A program made the translations under genes and the position numbers. Below are positions 15,928 to 22,961 of a stretch of DNA of 55,187 nucleotides, piece after piece (position 1 is the first letter of the stretch; the number at the start of each line of letters is the position of its first letter). Origin of the DNA: Gammaproteobacteria bacterium (GTDB taxonomy: Bacteria; Pseudomonadota; Gammaproteobacteria; Steroidobacterales; Steroidobacteraceae); contig JAATEY010000004.1 of NCBI GenBank assembly GCA_015655465.1, positions 1 through 55,187 of the forward strand. The letters are read 5' to 3'. Below the pieces are notes generated by a model. The model had not been told where the DNA came from. It did not search any database and saw nothing but the letters and a program-made list of their open reading frames with translations.

Positions 15928-16658
15928 GGCTTGGCTGCGGGTGTCTGAATCTGCGCCACGCGGCGCATCCGGAAGTTGAAGCGCGCCGCCAGCAGGGTGT
16001 TCAGCTCGGTATCGATCTGCATGTCGATGACCTTGCCCTCGGACTCGGCGGTAATGCGGATGATCCGCTGGCAGCCCTCGGGTGCGTTCACGCACGGTGT
16101 CTTGAAGGTGGCCGTATCGTTGATGATGAAGCCCGTTGCGCCTTCGGCCAGACCCTTGCTGTTCACCTGCAGGTAGCGGATGCCCAGATCATCGGGCTCC
16201 ATGGCGTACAGGATCATGGCCGGCGTCAGGTCGGAGACCCCGCTCACGATGGCTTGCCCGTTGGGTCCGGGTATTTGCGGCCAGCGCACATTGATCTCGC
16301 ACTGCACGCCGGGCGCCACACCGAAGCCGATGCAGGTTCCCGTCCCCGTGGCGGTCCAGCGGTCCTGGGGGTTGCCCTTGCCGCCCAGATCGACCTTGCC
16401 CTCGAAGGTGTACTGTCCGAGCAGCCGCCTGATCCAGTCAATCAATACCGAGGGCTTCCGGGTGGGCTTCTCGGCGCTGACGATCACTTCACCCAGTTCG
16501 TCGGTCTGGGTCGATTTGGGGGCTGGCTGCGATGCGGGCGGCTGTGACGCAGGCGGCCGGGCGCTCGCGGGGCTGGCGGCAATGCCTGTGCCGGGCAGCA
16601 GCAGCAGCGCAACCGCGCAGCTCTTGAGTGTTTTCATGCCACGGATTCCGGTCGACAT
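15924..16658 (-). CDS. secreted protein, divergent member of the paralog family (copy P4)
   Basis: ORF 15924..16781 trimmed to ATG 16658 (GAGGGG SD 8 nt upstream; alternative ATG at 16637). Signal peptide, Pro/Ser/Gln-rich linker, then WIRRLLGQYTFEG, GVAPGVQCEINVRW and ATFKTPCVNAPEGC. Its stop overlaps the P3 start (ATGA). Confidence 0.75.
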   Translation of the reverse strand: MSTGIRGMKTLKSCAVALLLLPGTGIAASPASARPPASQPPASQPAPKSTQTDELGEVIVSAEKPTRKPSVLIDWIRRLLGQYTFEGKVDLGGKGNPQDRWTATGTGTCIGFGVAPGVQCEINVRWPQIPGPNGQAIVSGVSDLTPAMILYAMEPDDLGIRYLQVNSKGLAEGATGFIINDTATFKTPCVNAPEGCQRIIRITAESEGKVIDMQIDTELNTLLAARFNFRMRRVAQIQTPAAKP

Positions 16659-16916
16659 GATCCTTGCCCCTCTTAAATGTTTGCAGCGAGTGTGCCACGT
16701 GGCCGGCGCCGGGCGTAGTCTGGCGTCGCCCCTCACGACATTCATCCACTGGATGGCGTCCCGTCCGATGGTGCGCCGCAATAGCGGTTCCCCCCGGTTT
16801 TCAGGGGCTCATGACCCACTGTAGGAAGAAGCCGACTGCGCGTTGGGAGCGGCGCCGCTGGCTCCACCTGTGGCGACGCGAAAGACTGTGGGCAAGCGAA
16901 GTCACAGGAGGATGCC

Positions 16917-17129
16917 ATGAACGAGCAGATCATTCGCAATTGTGTGGTGACGGACCGCCTCGCCCGGGGCCTGGCGGAGTACTACTACCGCCGCGTGCAT
17001 GGCATTAGTTGTGGAGATCTGCTGCCGCCGGAGGAGCGTGCGAGCATCGACAGTCGCTACGACCAGCGCCTGCAGCGCGCCCGCCTGTTCATCCAGGGCT
17101 CACGGTCCCAGCTGCTCGGGGCAGGCTAA
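16917..17129 (+). CDS. hypothetical small protein
   Basis: 70-aa ORF with a strong SD (AGGAGG) 5 nt upstream of the ATG. No family recognised. Confidence 0.45.
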   Translation: MNEQIIRNCVVTDRLARGLAEYYYRRVHGISCGDLLPPEERASIDSRYDQRLQRARLFIQGSRSQLLGAG

Positions 17130-17199
17130 CCAGCCCACACACGGGCAGCGCACCCAGCGGCTGCGTGGCAGCCCTCGGCCCGTCACCCTGAGTTGATGG

Positions 17200-17421
17200 T
17201 CAGGCCTCAGGTCCATGACACACGGCTTCGACATTGTGTCCATCGGGACCAATGACGAATGCTCCGTAGTAGTCTGGGTGGTAGTGCGGACGAAGTCCGG
17301 CAGCGCCATTGTCCTTTCCGCCTGCTGCCATGGCGGCAAGATGGAACTCATCCACCTGCTTTCGGCTCCCGGCGATAAATGCGAGATGCAGGTGGGCAGG
17401 ACGTTCCTTCGCCTCAACGAG
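17200..17421 (-). pseudogene. relic of a VOC/glyoxalase-family gene (C-terminal half only)
   Basis: Not in the ORF track. Minus-strand translation gives LVEAKERPAHLHLAFIAGSRKQVDEFHLAAMAAGGKDNGAAGLRPHYHPDYYGAFVIGPDGHNVEAVCHGPEA*, a textbook glyoxalase/bleomycin-resistance-fold C-terminus. In-frame TGA at 17422-17424 and no start codon or N-terminal half. Confidence 0.65.
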
Positions 17422-17518
17422 TCACTGTGTTCGTGACGCCCAACTGGTCTTGTCACACTTTCCAATTTGGTGGAAGCTGGGGATTGGCTGCAAGCACAAA
17501 GAATTCCAAGGGGCCACC

Positions 17519-18436
17519 ATGTCATTTGCTGATCGATACCGCGACCCGGAAAGAGGCGACTTCCATCTGCTGACACTGCTGCGTGACGTGGCCATCCTGA
17601 TTGTAGCCCTCATTGTCCTGCGCATCATCTGGCCCTTCTACTCAGTGCCAACGGGAAGCCGCGGCGTGGTCACGCAATTCGGCAAGATCGTCGGAATCGA
17701 GCAGGAGGGGCTCGCCGTGCTGCCGCCGTGGCGCAAGCTTTCGGTTTTCAATATCAGGGCCGAGTCCGCCACCATAGAAAATGCAGATGGTGCCACCAGC
17801 GACACGCAACCCGTACGCGTCAGCCTGACTGTGAGATACAGCATCGAGCCCAACCGCGTCGCAGAAGTGTTCGAGAAATACTCCCATGACGGTGACCTGT
17901 CTTCCTACGTGCAGACTGCGGCCCAGGAAATATTCAAGGCGGTCACCGCGAGATATACCGCGCCGGATCTCATCGGCCAGCGCGCCGCCGTCTCCAGCGA
18001 CATCTACGCAGCACTGAGCCAGAAGCTCAAGCTGTACGGGGCGCAGGTCGTCAACATCGACATGCGCAACTTCTCGTTTTCCGAGTCCTACATGAGCGCG
18101 ATCAACGAGAAGGTGACGCAGGAGCAATTGCGCCTCGGTGCCGAGAACAAACTGAAGACCGTCGAAGCGGAGCAGAAGCAGAAAGTGGCAGTGGCGGAGG
18201 CAGAAGCCAACGCCCTGCGCGCCCGGGCGGATGGCGAGGCGTACGCAAATCTCAAGGTTGCGCAGGCACAGGCTGAGGCGCTCCGCGTGCAAAACGCGGC
18301 GCTGGCGCAGAACAAGGATGTGCTGGAATTGAGGCGAATCGAAGTGGAGAAGGTCAAGGCGGAACGCTGGGATGGAAAGCTTCCCCAGGCAATCTATGGC
18401 AGCGCGCCGATACCGTTCCTGAATGTAGGCAAATAG
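17519..18436 (+). CDS. SPFH/band-7 (prohibitin/HflC-like) membrane protein
   Basis: Frame trimmed to ATG 17519. N-terminal TM (VAILIVALIVLRIIW), an SPFH core (GSRGVVTQFGKIV...), and a C-terminal Ala/Glu-rich coiled coil. Confidence 0.9.
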   Translation: MSFADRYRDPERGDFHLLTLLRDVAILIVALIVLRIIWPFYSVPTGSRGVVTQFGKIVGIEQEGLAVLPPWRKLSVFNIRAESATIENADGATSDTQPVRVSLTVRYSIEPNRVAEVFEKYSHDGDLSSYVQTAAQEIFKAVTARYTAPDLIGQRAAVSSDIYAALSQKLKLYGAQVVNIDMRNFSFSESYMSAINEKVTQEQLRLGAENKLKTVEAEQKQKVAVAEAEANALRARADGEAYANLKVAQAQAEALRVQNAALAQNKDVLELRRIEVEKVKAERWDGKLPQAIYGSAPIPFLNVGK

Positions 18437-18648
18437 CTCAATCCCGGCGACATGGTGTTGCGGCAATTCGCCGCGTAGATGCCGCGGTTCATCCGGCATG
18501 CGACCCACCATGTGCGTGCCGTTCTCGATGCGGTAGCACCCGGGATGTTCCTTCACCAGGGCGCAGCGCGCGGCGCCAGTCCCCGATAGCGCCACTTCAA
18601 TGGATAAGCGATCATCGTATGGCTTGCATCTACGACATGGGGATGATG

Positions 18649-19998
18649 ATGTCTTGCCACCGGTTCCTGGTATCGCCATTGCTTGCCGTGCTGGCCATGG
18701 CGTTCGTCCGGGAGGCAGCCGCCGCCACGCCCGCGCGTCATCAGGACTATGTTACGGATTCCTCGACCTGTGATGGTTTTGCCAGGCTGCCGATAGTCAT
18801 GGCTCCGGGCTACTGCGCGGGTCTGGTGTTCGGACCGCCGCCCGGCAGTTTCCAGAAGAGAACGCTGAAGAATCCGCGGATGCTGCTGCCTCTGGCCGAC
18901 GGGCAACAATGGATCGTCACGGATCTTGGTGGCTGGCAGGAAGGTAATGGCGCGGTCTGGCTGCTGCAGGCACGGCGGAATTTACCGGCACAGCTGAGAC
19001 CCCTGATCCGCGGCCTGGATCTCCCGCACACGGTCGCGCTTGGGCCGGATCAACGCATCTACGTGGGCGAGATGGGTCGTATCTTCCGATTCGATGCGAT
19101 GGCAAAAGATCCGGCAAGCACGATCGAGGTTGTCGTCTCCGGCCTGCCCGACAACAAGCTGCATGACAACCGGCATCCACTGTCGCATTTCGTGTTTGAC
19201 AGGGATGGAGCACTGCTGGTCAACGTCGGTGCGCCCACCGATAGCTGTGCGCCTGACGCAGGCGTGCCAAAGGCGGCGACCTGCGCGTTGTCGGAAGGTG
19301 ATGACGGCAAGGCCGTCATACGCCGGTATGAATACCTGGGTGCCGGCAAATGGAGCGCCGCGTGGACGGTTCTCGCCCGTGGACTGCGTAATTCACTGGT
19401 TCTGCTTCGCCACGAATCGGGGTCGCTGCTGCAGGCTGAAAACAGCATCGATGCGCCAGCCTCGCGTGATCGACCGTATGACGAGATCAATCTGATCAGG
19501 CCGGGTGCGCACTATGGCTGGCCGTATTGCGTCGACATGGATAGCCCGACCGCTGGTTGGCGGCAATCGAAAGCAATGGATTGCAAATCCGAAGCCCATG
19601 CCAGACCTGTTGTGCTTCTGCCGCCCCATGTTGCTCCACTGGGTGCGGTTTATTACCCGGGCACCATGTTTCCGGACATGAAAGGCAGACTTCTCATGAG
19701 CTGGCATGGCTACAGGGCGACAGGTTCAAGACTTGTGGCGTTCGAAGTGAACTCGCAAGGCGTTCCCATCGTGGCGGCAGGGGCCCAATATGCCGAGTAT
19801 GCGGCTGCCGGCATGACGATGCGGAAGTTTGCCGGTCCCGCGGCCCAGCCCCTCGTGCTTACAGAGCGCTGGGATCTGAAGGCTGGAGTTCGACCGGCGG
19901 GTGCGCCGGTGGGTATTGCGGTAGCGCAGGACGGAGCGATCTGGGTTGCGGACGACCGCAATGGCGCCGTCATACGTATCGCCGTGGATCGACCCTGA
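18649..19998 (+). CDS. PQQ-dependent sugar (glucose/sorbosone) dehydrogenase-like beta-propeller protein
   Basis: Start chosen at the third ATG of ATGATGATG (GGGGA SD upstream; alternatives 18619-18646). Signal peptide. Motifs DLPHTVALGPDQRIYVGE, GLRNSLVLL, DEINLIRPGAHYGWPYC and GIAVAQDGAIWVADDRNGAVIRI. Confidence 0.75.
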   Translation: MSCHRFLVSPLLAVLAMAFVREAAAATPARHQDYVTDSSTCDGFARLPIVMAPGYCAGLVFGPPPGSFQKRTLKNPRMLLPLADGQQWIVTDLGGWQEGNGAVWLLQARRNLPAQLRPLIRGLDLPHTVALGPDQRIYVGEMGRIFRFDAMAKDPASTIEVVVSGLPDNKLHDNRHPLSHFVFDRDGALLVNVGAPTDSCAPDAGVPKAATCALSEGDDGKAVIRRYEYLGAGKWSAAWTVLARGLRNSLVLLRHESGSLLQAENSIDAPASRDRPYDEINLIRPGAHYGWPYCVDMDSPTAGWRQSKAMDCKSEAHARPVVLLPPHVAPLGAVYYPGTMFPDMKGRLLMSWHGYRATGSRLVAFEVNSQGVPIVAAGAQYAEYAAAGMTMRKFAGPAAQPLVLTERWDLKAGVRPAGAPVGIAVAQDGAIWVADDRNGAVIRIAVDRP

Positions 19999-20070
19999 TT
20001 TGCTTGGGGGGCCGCCGTGCATCGCAGTAAGATGCTGGCCTCTTGCAACCATCAGCCCGGTACGCACGCC

Positions 20071-22188
20071 ATGACCAATTCCCGCCTTTCCGCCCTGATC
20101 GCCGGTTCGATTGCGATATCCGCAGTCTTCTCTCCAGCCTGGTCTGCCGGCAAGGCTGCCGACGTTACCGCCAGGCGCATGGAAAACGCCGACAAGGAAT
20201 CCGGCAACTGGATGTCCCATGGCCGCACCTGGGGCGAGCAGCGCTTCAGCCCGCTGAAGCAGATCAACGAAAGCAACGTCGGTCGCCTCGGCCTGGCCTG
20301 GTTCGCGGACCTCGGAACCTACAAGGGTGTGACGGCGACGCCGCTGGTCATTGACGGCGTGCTCTACAACATCTCTGCCATGGATATCACCACTGCCTAC
20401 GATGCCACCAACGGCACGGTGCTGTGGACCTACGATCCGCGGCTTACTCCGGAGCAGGCTGCGGTGGCCTGCTGTGGTCCGGTGAGCCGTGGCCTTGCTG
20501 CGTGGGAAGGCAAGCTCTTCATCGGCGCCCTGGATGGCAGCCTGATCGGGCTGGATGCAAAGACCGGCAAACAGCTGTGGCGAACGCAGACGGCCGATCC
20601 GGGCCAACCCATCTCGATTACCGGTGCGCCCCGTGTGACAAAAGACGGCCTTGTGGTCATCGGCAACGGCGGCGGCGATCTGGGTGCGCGCGGCTACATG
20701 AATGCATTCGATGCCAACACCGGCAAGATGGTATGGAAGTTCTACATCGTGCCAGGCGATCCCTCGAAGCCTGATGGCGTTGCTTCGGATTCCATCATGG
20801 AGATGGCAGCCAGGACCTGGAACGGCGAGTGGTGGAAGACCGGCGGCGGTGGCAACAACTGGGACGCCATCGTCTACGACCCGAAGCTCGACCTCGTGTA
20901 TTTCGGCACGGGTAATGGCTCGCCGCATCCGCAGGCTTTCCGCACGCCCGGTGGTGGCGACAATCTCTTCATCGGCTCCATCGTGGCCGTGGACGCGAAG
21001 ACCGGCAAGTACAAGTGGCACTACCAGGAAGTGCCGGGCGACGAGTGGGATTACGACAGCACTTCGCCGCTGGTGCTGGCTGAGCTGACGCTCAACGGCA
21101 AGCTGCGCCAGGTCATCATGCATGCGCCGAAGGATGGCTTCTTCTATGTGCTCGACCGTGCCACGGGCGAGCTGCTGTCGGCGAAGAACTTCGTGCCCAA
21201 CACCTGGGCCTCGCATGTGGATCTGAAGACCGGTCGCCCGGTGATCTACCCGGAGGCCATGGTTGAAGTCGAGCCGCGCCTGATCACCCCGAATGCCGCG
21301 CACAACTGGAACCCGATGTCCTACAGTCCGCTGACAGGCCTGGTGTACATCCCCATCCAGGAGCAATGGATGATCATCTCGCGTATCGAGGACGGGAAAT
21401 TCCAGTTCCGCCTCGGTCGCACGACCATCGGTTCGGGCAACGCCAATCCGGAGCTGCGGCGCGAGTTCAACCAGAAGGTGAACAACGGCGACAAGGGCTA
21501 CACGCTGGCCTGGGATCCGGTCACGCAGACCGAGCGCTTCCGCATCGATGCGCCGTTCTTCTTCAGTGGCGGCACCATGGTGACAGCGGGCAACCTGCTG
21601 GTGCAGGGCACGATGAGCCGCACGCTGGCGATCTATACGGCCGACAAGGGCAGGAAGCTGTGGGAGTCGCCGACGATGTCGGTGCCGGTGGCTGGCCCGA
21701 TCACCTACTCGGTGAATGGCAGGCAGTACATCGCGGTGAATGCCGGCTGGAACCAGGCCATCGTGCACGGCCTGAATAACCACGACGAGCCGTTCGTCAA
21801 CGGCCCGGCCAAGCTCGTGGTGTATGCACTCGATGCAAAGGGTGTGGCGTTGCCGCCGCTGCCCGCAGCCGAGACGCTGTCGGCTCCGCCGCGTGACCGG
21901 CAACCGGCGGACAAGGTTGCAGCCGGAGCCGTGGTGTTCGCCAGGATCTGTGCGACCTGCCATGGCCAGAATGCGATTGGCTCGGACAAGAAGGATCTGC
22001 GCTTCATCAAGCCGCAGTCGCATACGGACTTCAACGACATCGTGCTGCGGGGCAAGTTCAAGGACCGGGGCATGGTGGCGATCACGGACATCTCGCAGGA
22101 AGAGGCCGATGCCGTGCATGCGTACATCATCGCGCGTGGCCAGGAAGACTGGGTGCAGTCGATAGCACAGCCGCCGGCGCGGCGCTGA
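20071..22188 (+). CDS. quinohemoprotein (PQQ + heme c) alcohol dehydrogenase, type II
   Basis: Frame trimmed to ATG 20071 (signal peptide ...SPAWSA). PQQ-ADH propeller with vicinal Cys pair (AVACCGPVSRG) and catalytic region GDEWDYDSTSPLVLAEL. C-terminal cytochrome c domain with CATCHG. Confidence 0.9.
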   Translation: MTNSRLSALIAGSIAISAVFSPAWSAGKAADVTARRMENADKESGNWMSHGRTWGEQRFSPLKQINESNVGRLGLAWFADLGTYKGVTATPLVIDGVLYNISAMDITTAYDATNGTVLWTYDPRLTPEQAAVACCGPVSRGLAAWEGKLFIGALDGSLIGLDAKTGKQLWRTQTADPGQPISITGAPRVTKDGLVVIGNGGGDLGARGYMNAFDANTGKMVWKFYIVPGDPSKPDGVASDSIMEMAARTWNGEWWKTGGGGNNWDAIVYDPKLDLVYFGTGNGSPHPQAFRTPGGGDNLFIGSIVAVDAKTGKYKWHYQEVPGDEWDYDSTSPLVLAELTLNGKLRQVIMHAPKDGFFYVLDRATGELLSAKNFVPNTWASHVDLKTGRPVIYPEAMVEVEPRLITPNAAHNWNPMSYSPLTGLVYIPIQEQWMIISRIEDGKFQFRLGRTTIGSGNANPELRREFNQKVNNGDKGYTLAWDPVTQTERFRIDAPFFFSGGTMVTAGNLLVQGTMSRTLAIYTADKGRKLWESPTMSVPVAGPITYSVNGRQYIAVNAGWNQAIVHGLNNHDEPFVNGPAKLVVYALDAKGVALPPLPAAETLSAPPRDRQPADKVAAGAVVFARICATCHGQNAIGSDKKDLRFIKPQSHTDFNDIVLRGKFKDRGMVAITDISQEEADAVHAYIIARGQEDWVQSIAQPPARR

Positions 22189-22206
22189 GCAGGCGGGGAG
22201 CGGGCC

Positions 22207-22839
22207 ATGCAGCGCAAGACCAGGGTGTTCGCAGGTTTCCTGCTGGCTTGTGGAGCGTTGTTGGCCGTCGCTTCCCGTGGCGAAGAGGTTGCGCAACCGC
22301 CCGCACCGGTTCCTGCGGTCGTCAATGTGGTCATGCACACCGCCCTCGGCGACATCCGCATCGCGCTCGAAAAAGACCGCGCGCCCATCACCGCCAACAA
22401 CTTCCTGCGTTATGTCGACCTCAAGCGCTTCGACGGCATCAATTTCTACCGCGCCGTGAAGATTGACGAAGAGGGCAGGTACGGTCTGGTCCAGGGTGGC
22501 CTGCGCGGCAATTCGAAGCTGGTGCTCAAACCCATTGCCCACGAGCCGCCGGCCACCACCGGCTTGAGCCATCTCGACGGCGCGATCTCGATGGCACAGT
22601 CCAGACCCGGCACGGCCCAGGCCGATTTCTTCTTCGTCATCGGAGATCTCAAGGATCTCGATGGCAAGGGCACGCCGGAGAGCCCTGGCTACGCCGTATT
22701 CGGTCGCGTGACCGAAGGCATGGATGTTGTTCGCGCAATCATGGTGCTGCCGCGCTCCGAAGATGCGGGTGACGGCTCGATGAAGGGCCAGATGCTCGCG
22801 AGTCCGGTGAAGATCCTCACGATACGGCGCGCCGAATGA
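22207..22839 (+). CDS. ppiA: periplasmic cyclophilin-type peptidyl-prolyl cis-trans isomerase
   Basis: Signal peptide followed by a cyclophilin core (GDIRIALEKDRAPITANNFLRYV...FYRAV...GYAVFGRVTEGMDVV). Confidence 0.9.
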   Translation: MQRKTRVFAGFLLACGALLAVASRGEEVAQPPAPVPAVVNVVMHTALGDIRIALEKDRAPITANNFLRYVDLKRFDGINFYRAVKIDEEGRYGLVQGGLRGNSKLVLKPIAHEPPATTGLSHLDGAISMAQSRPGTAQADFFFVIGDLKDLDGKGTPESPGYAVFGRVTEGMDVVRAIMVLPRSEDAGDGSMKGQMLASPVKILTIRRAE

Positions 22840-22849
22840 TGTCTGGCGA

Positions 22850-22868
22850 CCTAGGGGTTTCCCCTAGG
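22850..22868 (+). terminator. perfect hairpin after ppiA
   Basis: CCTAGGGG-TTT-CCCCTAGG, 11 nt after the stop. No U-tract, so function is uncertain. Confidence 0.3.
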
Positions 22869-22961
22869 CACTGCTCCAAACCCTGAAACACTCGCGTGGC
22901 GTGCCATTAGCGAGATGCCTGCACGGTTTGCGCTGCGGTATTTTCCGAAAATCCCGCGCAA

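Noticed and set aside
12642-16658. Diversity-generating retroelement or phase-variation mechanism behind the variable loops of the paralogs.
   Set aside because: There is no reverse transcriptase, no template-repeat/variable-repeat pair, no invertase and no simple-sequence repeat tract in or near the array. The variation looks like ordinary paralog divergence with indels.
19726-22572. Very long antisense ORFs (948 aa opposite the PQQ-ADH; also 43283-45286 opposite nirB, 5140-6711, 38328-39953, 48396-49580 and others).
   Set aside because: These are typical high-GC artefacts. The translations are Arg/Ala/Gly/His-rich with no motifs, while the opposite strand carries unmistakable conserved domains.
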